This document shows, one piece after another, positions 30,215-38,710 of a DNA stretch of 64,000 bases; within the stretch, counting starts at the first letter, position 1; every line of letters begins with the position of its first letter. The stretch is taken from positions 1-64,000 of IMG/VR virus record IMGVR_UViG_3300022745_000017; one strand, written 5' to 3'. A program made the translations under genes and the position numbers. The notes under the pieces are model-generated. The model worked only from the letters and a program-made list of their open reading frames with translations, made no database searches and was not told the DNA's origin.

Positions 30215-30334
30215 CATACTAAGCTCTTACCTTGTCTATCACTTCTCTTACTATATCTCACCTAGAGACTACTACCTCTTATACCTATACCTACCTAAGA
30301 CTCTCTACCTACTCACCTACCAACACCTACTACT
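30198..30334. repeat. G-depleted low-complexity tract of degenerate CTAC/CCTA units
   Basis: Only 5 G in 137 nt on the + strand; reiterated acctac/ctac. Confidence 0.7.
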
Positions 30335-30734
30335 GCTGAGACTTAATGGCATGGATGTAGGCTAGGTAAGCCTCTATAGCCATACGTGAGTGCAAAGCAT
30401 TAGAAGCACCACTATGCAAGATGTGAGGAATGGTCATCTCTGTCTCAAAGAGCTTTTTGATATGCTCAGGGGTATCGGGTGAGCATTCAGCGTAGACTTT
30501 GAAAACAGTGAGGTCTCTGTGCCTGGGCCATAGGTGATTGAAGGTACAGGCATAAGACTCCTGTTGACAAAAGATCGTTGTCTTTTGTACATGTCCTACA
30601 CGGATCTCTAGGAGCTCATAGAGGTCTTCAGCGGTGAGGACTCTTGTAAAGCTTTTGATACCTCTTTGGGCTTCATAGAGGTCAAAGATAAACTGAGCAC
30701 ACGCTCTGAGGGTTTTGGTGATACGCTTAAACAT
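30330..30734 (-). CDS. hypothetical protein (134 aa)
   Basis: Last gene of a tightly packed minus-strand run. Confidence 0.55.
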   Translation of the reverse strand: MFKRITKTLRACAQFIFDLYEAQRGIKSFTRVLTAEDLYELLEIRVGHVQKTTIFCQQESYACTFNHLWPRHRDLTVFKVYAECSPDTPEHIKKLFETEMTIPHILHSGASNALHSRMAIEAYLAYIHAIKSQQ

Positions 30735-30740
30735 AGCCGC

Positions 30741-31976
30741 TCAGTGGTGGGTGTAGTGGTTCATGGTGAAAGCTCGCAAGATCACGTAGAGCATGAAGCC
30801 TGTGCGAGCAGCAGAGATAGCTGACTCGTTTTTAGACTTTGTCGCTGCTTTGACGATATGCGCGATGGATACACGCAGCTCTAGCAAGACAGGCTCAGTC
30901 GTTCGTGAGGACATGTACACCCCTTTCAAACGCCTGAGGATGCCTGTGAGGTCGTCCTTATGGCGGATGAGGTCTTTGTTCTCAGCGAAGTATGTGTGGG
31001 CGTGCTCGATGATCTTGGTGAGGGTTTGAGAGATCTTGATGTCAGTGGTTGTGTAAGCGAAGTTCTCACTGGCCCACTTGAGGGTGTTCTCTAGCATGCC
31101 TGGGTAGAGCGTATCGACGGCTTCGTAGATGATGCCAATGAGCTCTGGCTTGATAAGCGCATTAGCGTCTGGGAAGATCGTCTGGATGTAGCGCTCATGC
31201 TCCATGAGAGAGTTCTTCTTGTCTTTGAGGATCATCTCTCCATCGATCTCAATGACGGAAGAAGTCTGGGAGATCTTGACACCTGAGTTGTGGATACTCA
31301 AGAAGACCCCGTAGATGTTTTTGAGCATATCACGGATACGCCCTTGCACATCGTTGATCATGTAAACGATTCTAAAGTCATCATCGAGTTTAGCGATGGT
31401 ATCGCCGTGGATGCCTTTAGGGTTGACGACCTCCTCTGCACGGGCTCTGAGAGCTGCTCCCCAGGAGCCGTAGTACTTGAGAGCGTACTTGCGCGAGAGA
31501 GCTGCGTAAGTCGCTTCAGCCGTGTCACGGTTAGCTGGGTAGCGAAAATGCTGGAAAAGCCGAGAGGTGAGGAACTTGTATTGCAAGTACATGACCACAC
31601 GCACCTGGGCTTCAAATCGCTGGTCATCGGTGAGACTAGCAGACTTGTAGAAAAGGTGGAGCAGGTAAATGCACGAGATGTTAAAGATGTCTGAGGAGAC
31701 AATGAAGTCCTTGTTGATGGCTGGCAGGGCATGCAGCTCATGCTCTAGTGCGGATTCATCAGCTAGCAAGACCTCATTGAAGAGTCGGTTTTTGTCTTCA
31801 GTCATAAACCGCACGACATGCACACCAGTCAAGTGCCCACCGAAGAACTCCATGTGCTCACGCTTTTTATTGACAAACCCAGCCTCCAGAGAGATCACGA
31901 GTTTGTAGAGTCGCATGTCTGCGACCAAGTGAGGGCACTCGTTTTCAAATACGTCTTTGACGCTACGATAAGTCAT
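30741..31976 (-). CDS. conserved chimallivirus protein, probably virion-associated
   Basis: 411 aa; HMEFFGGHLTGVHVVRF and C-terminal RTGFMLYVILRAF; GAGG RBS. Confidence 0.65.
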   Translation of the reverse strand: MTYRSVKDVFENECPHLVADMRLYKLVISLEAGFVNKKREHMEFFGGHLTGVHVVRFMTEDKNRLFNEVLLADESALEHELHALPAINKDFIVSSDIFNISCIYLLHLFYKSASLTDDQRFEAQVRVVMYLQYKFLTSRLFQHFRYPANRDTAEATYAALSRKYALKYYGSWGAALRARAEEVVNPKGIHGDTIAKLDDDFRIVYMINDVQGRIRDMLKNIYGVFLSIHNSGVKISQTSSVIEIDGEMILKDKKNSLMEHERYIQTIFPDANALIKPELIGIIYEAVDTLYPGMLENTLKWASENFAYTTTDIKISQTLTKIIEHAHTYFAENKDLIRHKDDLTGILRRLKGVYMSSRTTEPVLLELRVSIAHIVKAATKSKNESAISAARTGFMLYVILRAFTMNHYTHH

Positions 31977-31983
31977 GTGGGCC

Positions 31984-32463
31984 TCACTTGACGGTCTTGG
32001 TCTTGCGCAGCTTGTGCAGCAACTTAGCAGGGTCTTTGATGACTTTGACCTTGTGCTTATTGGCTACTGTGAGCAAACTAGCGACGTAAGGATTGTCTTT
32101 CTTACTCACGCCTTCTTGCACATAAACCACGGCGTTAGACTTATCGTAGTCTGTCATGTCACTCAGACTATCACCTAACTCAACCGTGTCAGTGCTGCTG
32201 ACCTGGTCGCTGTCGACAGCGTAGACAAACCCCATGGGTTTATTGAGAGCGGCTTCTTTGTCTTTTTGCATCTGTGCGGCTAGCCATGCACTCGCTAGGT
32301 TGTTGGAGTCAATAGCGAGCGTCTCCAAGACGATGCCTGTTTCTGGATCGACTTCTTTTTGGTAACGCTCATTGAGCTGGGCTACCAGTGCTGCCGAGAG
32401 TGGGCCATCGACGAGGGTGAGTTGGTCACCGATTTCGATGAAGTTGGACTTTTGATCAGCCAT
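31984..32463 (-). CDS. hypothetical protein (159 aa)
   Basis: AGGAG RBS, in operon. Confidence 0.7.
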   Translation of the reverse strand: MADQKSNFIEIGDQLTLVDGPLSAALVAQLNERYQKEVDPETGIVLETLAIDSNNLASAWLAAQMQKDKEAALNKPMGFVYAVDSDQVSSTDTVELGDSLSDMTDYDKSNAVVYVQEGVSKKDNPYVASLLTVANKHKVKVIKDPAKLLHKLRKTKTVK

Positions 32464-32498
32464 GATGTTTTCTCCTAGAAGGTAAGGGATGGATTAGA

Positions 32499-33329
32499 TT
32501 AGCGTGAGGTCGAGAACTTCATTGCGATGAACTTGCGCATCTGGCGGTCATCGCTTTGGAATGCAACGAGCCTCCATTTTTGGAGTTGCTCTTGGTAGCT
32601 CTTGTAAGCGTCAGAGTAGCTGTCGATGATGCTCTTGAACGACCCCAGTGTGTAGCCGTTTTGGACTTCGTTTTGATCGATCGCTACGACCAGCTTTTTC
32701 CAGATGTGTGCTTTGGTAGCTAGCAGCACCAGCTCAGAGAAGATTGGAGCCGAGGACATTGGGATGTTGTTGAGCTCTTTGTCGTTCTCTAAGGTGCAAT
32801 CCAAATAGCAGTACGGAGTCAGTACAGCAGTGTCGTGAATCAAGATGGTGTTTTCATTGACCTTTGATACACGAGCTGTAGAGAGGATGGGGATGTTGTC
32901 AAAACTCTCCATCAGACTCTGGGAGGCTGCCATGGTCGCCGTAGCGTCACCAGACCCGAATAAGCTATTAGAGTATGAACCCGTGGAGGCTGTCGTATTT
33001 GAAGCGCTGTACGCTAAGAAGACGACTTTCGTAACGCCCATGATAGAGCGCCCCGAGGTCAGTGACTTAGGTATGCGAAACATGTAGCTGTAATCAGACG
33101 GCTTTTCATACCCGAGACCATCCAAGTTAATCATGGTCGTTGTCCCGCCCACGACATTACAGTCACTCATGACGCGACGGTAGATCACTTCTTCTTTGAT
33201 GATCTCTTCAATGTTAATGATCGAGCGAGACAAGTAGTTGATGTTCTTGCGAATGAATGCTCGCTCCAAGATTTCTTCTGGGATATCTGAGCTGCGCAGA
33301 TCCAACAGAGCCTTTTCAATAAGGTTCAT
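32499..33329 (-). CDS. conserved chimallivirus protein (276 aa)
   Basis: AGGAG RBS; IPEEILERAF, DCNVVGG and IIDSYSDA motifs. Confidence 0.7.
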   Translation of the reverse strand: MNLIEKALLDLRSSDIPEEILERAFIRKNINYLSRSIINIEEIIKEEVIYRRVMSDCNVVGGTTTMINLDGLGYEKPSDYSYMFRIPKSLTSGRSIMGVTKVVFLAYSASNTTASTGSYSNSLFGSGDATATMAASQSLMESFDNIPILSTARVSKVNENTILIHDTAVLTPYCYLDCTLENDKELNNIPMSSAPIFSELVLLATKAHIWKKLVVAIDQNEVQNGYTLGSFKSIIDSYSDAYKSYQEQLQKWRLVAFQSDDRQMRKFIAMKFSTSR

Positions 33330-33366
33330 GGTAAACTCCTAAGGGTAGATTGAAAAAGAATTGAGC

Positions 33367-33384
33367 CACTTATTACCTATGTGA
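33367..33384 (+). promoter_or_regulatory. putative phage promoter for the PhuZ operon
   Basis: A-run upstream, then CACTTATTACCTATGTGA; same core as at 22244. Confidence 0.55.
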
Positions 33385-33439
33385 TACGCTGGCGCAGCTA
33401 TCACACCGACATAGCATCTCTCTGAAGAAAGGTACTCGC

Positions 33440-33973
33440 ATGGAAAATACACCGCAAGGTGTCATGCAGGTTTTGCGAAACTTGCAAAAGGTTTTTCCCC
33501 TCCCACAAAGCTTACAACTGGGCTCTACCAAAGTGCCCGTTGTGTATCGGTGCTTCATTGAAGACGATACATTCGTCGTGAGTGGCTTCACGATGAGTAG
33601 CAAGCCTGAAGTCGAGCTCACTGCCATCCATCCTCAGGCCGAACTCTACATGCCCTTTGGCCGGCGAACGTGGGTGGCAGGAAATCAATTCGTCTTTGCT
33701 GACTATGTCAGCTCTGGCACGGGCACCAAAGCCTACGAGAAGTCCAATGGCCTGTTCAGCCTGTTCATGGCAGGTCAGCAGCCTTTGGCCATTGAATCTT
33801 TCCATGTCAACCTCAACAAGCCTGTGATGAACATGCAGTTCCGCTGTTCGCACCTTGAAGAGCTGGCTGACAGCTTGGTCAAATCTCCCGAGACATCTAC
33901 GGTTATCCGTGTGGTGGCTCCAGAAGTTGACGACCCCGTCGTCTCCGGCATTTCTTCCTTAACCGGTCAATAA
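33440..33973 (+). CDS. hypothetical protein (177 aa) co-transcribed with PhuZ
   Basis: AAAGG RBS; directly upstream of the tubulin gene. Confidence 0.7.
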   Translation: MENTPQGVMQVLRNLQKVFPLPQSLQLGSTKVPVVYRCFIEDDTFVVSGFTMSSKPEVELTAIHPQAELYMPFGRRTWVAGNQFVFADYVSSGTGTKAYEKSNGLFSLFMAGQQPLAIESFHVNLNKPVMNMQFRCSHLEELADSLVKSPETSTVIRVVAPEVDDPVVSGISSLTGQ

Positions 33974-33999
33974 GACCAACCCCTCTAGAAAGTACTCCC

Positions 34000-34965
34000 A
34001 TGAAAGTTTCTCTGATTGCATTCGGTGGCTGTGGTCACAACCTGATGAAGGCCGTGTTGGAAGCTGAAGTCTTCCAAAAGGCTGAAAAGTTCCAGACGGA
34101 CTTGGTCAAAACCATCGATGGGCTCGATGGTGTCAAGACCTACACCTACAAAACCAAGGCCAAAGACGGCTGTGGCCGCAACCGCAATGCCGCTGTGGAG
34201 CCCGTCAAGCGCGAACTCGACAGCCTGGCGGTGGCCTGCCCTCCCGGTGATGTGGTGATCATGCTGCACTCCTTGGGCGGGGGTAGCGGGAATGTGCAAG
34301 CGCGCTACTACGGTGAGCTCGCGGCCAGCCAGGGCAAGCTGGTGTTCTCTCTTGGCGTGGGCTCCAAGAGCAACACCAAGGAGATTACCAACACGATTGG
34401 TAGTCTGGCCTCCCTGGAAAAGGCGGTGAGTGACGCTGGTGCGCCGATCATCTTCTGCCCCTTCTTCAATCAAAATGAAGCCAAGCGCGCCGAGGTGAAT
34501 GCACAGGTGATCGAAACGCTCAAGATGTTGGAACTCCTCTTCAGTGGCATTTGCAAGACGCCCGACGAGAGCGATCTGGCTTCTTGGGTGAACTTTCACA
34601 AAATCACCAAGGCCGAGCCCATGCTCACCTCCATCGTCTTCTTGGACGGCTCAGCCAAGAGCGACGATTGGGCCAAGGTCGAAAGCATTGAAAGCGTGAT
34701 CACGCTGACGACCGAAGAATCGCCAGCGCCCCTGCCGATTCTGCCTGCGTTTGATATTTGGGGCCAACTGCCGCCCAAGTACATTCTTAAGGCAGAAGGA
34801 AAGCTGCCGCAAGACCAGCGCCTGAGCTTTTGCCTCAGCGTGAATCACACGGCCGTCTTCATGGCCAAGATGCAAGAGATCCAAAAGGCCGACAAGGCCA
34901 GCAAAACGGCCTCTGTGCGCCGCTCTTCGCTGGCCGAAGGGGTAGATGAGGACGACGTGATCTGA
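34000..34965 (+). CDS. phuZ: phage tubulin PhuZ
   Basis: FGGCGHN, DGCGRNR, signature SLGGGSG, T7-like PDESD, acidic tail EGVDEDDVI. Confidence 0.92.
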   Translation: MKVSLIAFGGCGHNLMKAVLEAEVFQKAEKFQTDLVKTIDGLDGVKTYTYKTKAKDGCGRNRNAAVEPVKRELDSLAVACPPGDVVIMLHSLGGGSGNVQARYYGELAASQGKLVFSLGVGSKSNTKEITNTIGSLASLEKAVSDAGAPIIFCPFFNQNEAKRAEVNAQVIETLKMLELLFSGICKTPDESDLASWVNFHKITKAEPMLTSIVFLDGSAKSDDWAKVESIESVITLTTEESPAPLPILPAFDIWGQLPPKYILKAEGKLPQDQRLSFCLSVNHTAVFMAKMQEIQKADKASKTASVRRSSLAEGVDEDDVI

Positions 34966-34989
34966 CGCCTCTGACGGCCTCTAATTAAA

Positions 34990-35031
34990 CGCACTACCCG
35001 CATCATGTGCAGATGCGGGTAGTGCGATTTT
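34990..35031 (+). terminator. hairpin, 15-bp stem, after phuZ
   Basis: cgcactacccgcatc-atgtgca-gatgcgggtagtgcg followed by atttt. Confidence 0.75.
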
Positions 35032-35075
35032 CTACCCCTTTTGTTTTTAAATTAAACGATGATTCAAAACTCATT

Positions 35076-35798
35076 ATGGAAAAATACAGGTCTACTACCT
35101 CAATTGACAGTCTTGATATCTTGGAGACCTATTGCTTCGATATGTTTCCTCTGGCCACTGAAATCGAAGCGCGATTAGCTCCGCTTCTGAGGCCACTGCC
35201 TGAGCGCATCTACATTGGTGCTGACTTAGAAGGTATCGATCTCAACCGCGACTACTATTTCATGCAAACGGGGCGTGAGCGGGTGAGAGTGCGTAGTTTG
35301 CAAGACATTGTCCTTCCTGTATACCGACAAGACGGAGATGATGTAACAGGGATTGTGCGCCCCGTCATTACAAGCTGGCACCTTAGAAATAAGAGTGTGA
35401 CAGACACCCCAAGAGGCCCTAAGCGAGGCATCGCTATTTTATCTGACTACGTCAAGTATTTTGTCGATAGGATGTTGCCCCACTGTCGTGGCCATGATTT
35501 TATAACTTCGCTTGATAAACACATCCTTTTGACTCCTCGTAACTCACCGAGGGCATTCGAATACGGTAACACTGACGACGATAGTGACAGGCTTTATTGC
35601 GAAAAAGACGCGATAAAATGTGACATTGAGCAAATCATCGAAAACCTACTCACGAACATAAATCGATTCGTCGGAAGTTACCGAGACCATCTGTACTTCA
35701 TCAAACGTGACAAGACGTTTATGCTGATACAGCGCAGCATTGACCACCGAGCCTGGAACTGGCTACAGTCACAAGCACGCGAACAAGGCTATGATTAA
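35076..35798 (+). CDS. hypothetical protein, first of the coupled array
   Basis: The track start at 35007 lies in the hairpin, so ATG 35076 is more likely. Confidence 0.65.
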   Translation: MEKYRSTTSIDSLDILETYCFDMFPLATEIEARLAPLLRPLPERIYIGADLEGIDLNRDYYFMQTGRERVRVRSLQDIVLPVYRQDGDDVTGIVRPVITSWHLRNKSVTDTPRGPKRGIAILSDYVKYFVDRMLPHCRGHDFITSLDKHILLTPRNSPRAFEYGNTDDDSDRLYCEKDAIKCDIEQIIENLLTNINRFVGSYRDHLYFIKRDKTFMLIQRSIDHRAWNWLQSQAREQGYD

Positions 35799-35809
35799 AG
35801 GAAGTACAC

Positions 35810-36190
35810 ATGAAGAGTGTGATTATCGACCTATATCCAGCGCACGCTGAGTGTCTTAGTTTGCTCAATGAGCATATTGACATCGATGAAGCAGGCTGGG
35901 ACTTTAGCCTAGATGTTTTGCAGTTGGCTGTAGACTACCAACTCATGAGTGTGTCCAAGAACGTCGTCAAGCCTTCTAACACCCTTGAGCTACTAGAGCA
36001 ACAATTAGAGCAAACCGTCGGGCTCGACCGATCCAGCAGAGCGATATTCTTGAGACGTTTGACGGATGAGATCATTCGCAACATCTGTCGCTACCTGCCT
36101 GACTTACGGCTTGCGCAAGTCGCCTCTGTAAACTGGCTAACCCGAACACTCGTGATGATTACTTATGAAACAAAAGACAGTGGTCGTTGA
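35810..36190 (+). CDS. hypothetical protein (array member)
   Basis: AAGGA RBS; begins MKSVIIDLY. Confidence 0.7.
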   Translation: MKSVIIDLYPAHAECLSLLNEHIDIDEAGWDFSLDVLQLAVDYQLMSVSKNVVKPSNTLELLEQQLEQTVGLDRSSRAIFLRRLTDEIIRNICRYLPDLRLAQVASVNWLTRTLVMITYETKDSGR

Positions 36191-36530
36191 CCTATACTTG
36201 GCGCGCGATACACTTCATCAAGCACTCAGTGAGTGCGGCGTGGTGCCAGACAGAGCGGTTAGTGATGAGTTGTTTCAACACTTGTTGTTTCAACACCTCT
36301 GCCCGCCTGACGGAAACTCTCATGCACGAGCAGGATGTATTCGGATCATCTTAGGCGAGCATCGCTGGGATGAGGCTTGCTTTTATTGCAGCGATGAGTG
36401 GTTTTACATTCTTGAATATATGGATAGGGCGTGTAAGCTGGCAGGTGTCAACAAGCGCTTGCTGCCTGAAAACATACGCATGCTCACTCCAACCCTCATG
36501 CATGTCGTACTCACAAGGCACACGTTATGA
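36165..36530 (+). CDS. hypothetical protein (array member)
   Basis: Overlaps the previous gene; begins MKQKTVVVDLY. Confidence 0.65.
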   Translation: MKQKTVVVDLYLARDTLHQALSECGVVPDRAVSDELFQHLLFQHLCPPDGNSHARAGCIRIILGEHRWDEACFYCSDEWFYILEYMDRACKLAGVNKRLLPENIRMLTPTLMHVVLTRHTL

Positions 36531-37120
36531 ATGTGGTATTTGTTATAGATATGAAATACACAGACGCAGCGAAGTCCATTAGCCGAGCGCAAGCTTACAA
36601 CGCTGCGCTGGAGATGGACTTTTGTGTCTACAGCATCTTGGACTTGGTACTTGGCACCTTATGCATGCCGCGTGATTACGTGGATGAGTTCATAGACGCT
36701 ACGCAAGACGCAGACTTAGAGACAGCGTTTGCTAACTTGCTCGATTACTTCTACTGTGCACTCGATGCCATCTTAGATGACCAAGCCAGTGACATAGCCA
36801 TCCGAAATACACCCCAATTTAATAAAGATCAAGAGTTCCATTCTAAGATACACGCTAGTGACGACACTTACCTCAATGAGAGTGTCTCCAACACTTACCT
36901 CATCAGCACAGCGTTTGCTGAGCACGTCATCCAGACACTGCGCAGCAACCTCCCTGATGACCTGTTTTATCTCAAAGGTTACACTATCACCGATGCTAAA
37001 AAATTCCAGTTCGGTGGCCCTTACTACGTCACCGCAGAAATCGAAATCCTTAGAAAGTCCGTACCTCGTTTTAGACCTGTACGAGACTATTTGCGGCTTA
37101 GCAAGCTTTCCGCTCTTTAA
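36527..37120 (+). CDS. hypothetical protein (array member)
   Basis: ATGA start/stop coupling; begins MNVVFVIDM. Confidence 0.65.
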   Translation: MNVVFVIDMKYTDAAKSISRAQAYNAALEMDFCVYSILDLVLGTLCMPRDYVDEFIDATQDADLETAFANLLDYFYCALDAILDDQASDIAIRNTPQFNKDQEFHSKIHASDDTYLNESVSNTYLISTAFAEHVIQTLRSNLPDDLFYLKGYTITDAKKFQFGGPYYVTAEIEILRKSVPRFRPVRDYLRLSKLSAL

Positions 37121-37493
37121 CAACGAGGAAGTTTTAGAAACCGTCTTGAGGTTATTTTTTGAATACTTTGACGATGAGTGCGAGGCGCTGGATGATCTGG
37201 CGACCTATGTAGAGTGGCAATCAAAACTCGTCATGGAATCAATGCCTGTTGCGATGAGTGATGAAGCTTTGAAAGAAATGACATGGGTGTGTCAGAGCTG
37301 TCTCTACACTGCACTTGAAATATTTATAAGAACTTTGCGCAAACTAGGGGTCATTGACCATGCAAACAGACTACCATATGCGCTGGATAGGCGCTTGCCA
37401 AACAATAGAGTACTATGCAAACGAAAGCAAGTACTCCCTATACCCAGGCGCAGTGGCGATGGATATCCCGGAGCTGGCGCAGATATCTTCTGA
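36993..37493 (+). CDS. hypothetical protein (array member), start uncertain
   Basis: Frame open from 36858; last ATG before the YLVLDLY motif is at 36993. Confidence 0.55.
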   Translation: MLKNSSSVALTTSPQKSKSLESPYLVLDLYETICGLASFPLFNNEEVLETVLRLFFEYFDDECEALDDLATYVEWQSKLVMESMPVAMSDEALKEMTWVCQSCLYTALEIFIRTLRKLGVIDHANRLPYALDRRLPNNRVLCKRKQVLPIPRRSGDGYPGAGADIF

Positions 37494-37824
37494 TCAATAT
37501 GTCCAAGGGGACTTACATAAAGAAGTCATCTGTGTAGACACACTCAAAGCAATTCGCAATCAGTGCAGTGCGCTTAACAACATCCACGTCCTAGCTGATT
37601 GCGAAGACTGGCGATTTGCTGTGTCTGTCGAAAAAGACGGTAGTGCTGATGAGGTCGACGTACTAAGCATTGCCTTAGGGATTTATGATAGATGCAACTA
37701 CCGCAGACTCTATACGCACGCTGGCAAACTAAGGTACTCATTTTACAGTGTCGTTGGCACTGTGCTGCTGATTATCCGCAATGACATCATGGCTAGGATG
37801 GTAAGAGATGAGACCATTGCCTGA
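37360..37824 (+). CDS. hypothetical protein (array member)
   Basis: AGGGG upstream of ATG 37360; AVAMDI motif. Confidence 0.55.
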   Translation: MQTDYHMRWIGACQTIEYYANESKYSLYPGAVAMDIPELAQISSDQYVQGDLHKEVICVDTLKAIRNQCSALNNIHVLADCEDWRFAVSVEKDGSADEVDVLSIALGIYDRCNYRRLYTHAGKLRYSFYSVVGTVLLIIRNDIMARMVRDETIA

Positions 37825-38206
37825 CACTGTAATCGTTGACTTACATGACTGTGCCGAGGTACTGCCTAAACACATCAGAGATGTTTTACATCCTGGGGAT
37901 TGGACGACACTGATGCACTTGGCCATTGATCAATGCATCAGTGTTTATATCCACCGACCGGACTACTGCCGCCTAGATCTAAGGATGCTGAGGTGTTACC
38001 GCAGAGCCCCGTCTTATCGCAACATGAATATAACCGAGGACGTTTGTAGAGACATCAAAACGAGCTTTGCAACGCTGTGCGAAGCAGTTCGCCACCGGCT
38101 GTGGATGACGCTAGGGCCACAAGCCGCTGGAGAAGACGGCGGTCTCGATTATATGGTGGTACAATTCGCTTTCAGTCGCGTCATCTTGAGACGCTTTAAA
38201 AATTGA
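37808..38206 (+). CDS. hypothetical protein (array member)
   Basis: Overlap-coupled; begins MRPLPDTVIVDLH. Confidence 0.65.
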   Translation: MRPLPDTVIVDLHDCAEVLPKHIRDVLHPGDWTTLMHLAIDQCISVYIHRPDYCRLDLRMLRCYRRAPSYRNMNITEDVCRDIKTSFATLCEAVRHRLWMTLGPQAAGEDGGLDYMVVQFAFSRVILRRFKN

Positions 38207-38217
38207 GGTCATAGAAA

Positions 38218-38610
38218 ATGTTTAATCTAGTCGTCGGTAACAGCTACACGTTCAACATGTTGGCTCCCCAGACGTTTGGCGCTACTTTTGTTAACGCAAA
38301 AGTAGAAGGCATTGTGAGTTATAACATCGCCATGCTCACGGAGAATGTGGCTCACTTGCACGCCAAGGTGTTGCCTTACCTGCCAGCGGGCACCAGCGCA
38401 GATCCGGCTAACTTGAGCTATGTCATCATCACGACCATGTCAGGAGCAAGGCGCGCTATAGCGATGGACTGGATCGCTGACCAGCCTGCTGAGAGTGGTA
38501 CGAGTGTCATTGTGTTTCGCTGCGTGGGTAGTGCCTCCGATGTGGCTGCTTACATGGCCATGTTCGCAGAAAACAATCGCCAAGTCATTGACTACACCCT
38601 GTCTAACTAA
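38218..38610 (+). CDS. phiKZ gp49-like small beta-rich (SH3-fold-type) protein
   Basis: GAGG RBS; GNSYTFNMLAP...FVNAKV...LPYLPAGT; sits just upstream of the DNA polymerase. Confidence 0.65.
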   Translation: MFNLVVGNSYTFNMLAPQTFGATFVNAKVEGIVSYNIAMLTENVAHLHAKVLPYLPAGTSADPANLSYVIITTMSGARRAIAMDWIADQPAESGTSVIVFRCVGSASDVAAYMAMFAENNRQVIDYTLSN

Positions 38611-38613
38611 CCC

Positions 38614-38657
38614 TTAAGCCCACCTACTCACAGATCGTTGTGAGTAGGTGGGCTTAA
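38614..38657. terminator. hairpin, 19-bp stem
   Basis: ttaagcccacctactcaca-gatcgt-tgtgagtaggtgggcttaa. Confidence 0.65.
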
Positions 38658-38710
38658 AAAACCATGATTCTTTTGTATTGTTTGTGAGCTAACTCTTACC
38701 TCTTAAAACC

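Noticed and set aside
30165-30365. 66-aa Leu/Tyr-rich ORF that looks like a membrane peptide
   Set aside because: Translation of the hairpin and the CTAC low-complexity tract; no RBS.
36993-37006. A6 run (GCT AAA AAA TTC) as a frameshift between overlapping array genes
   Set aside because: The downstream ORF is in the +1 frame, not -1, and has its own ATG at 36993.
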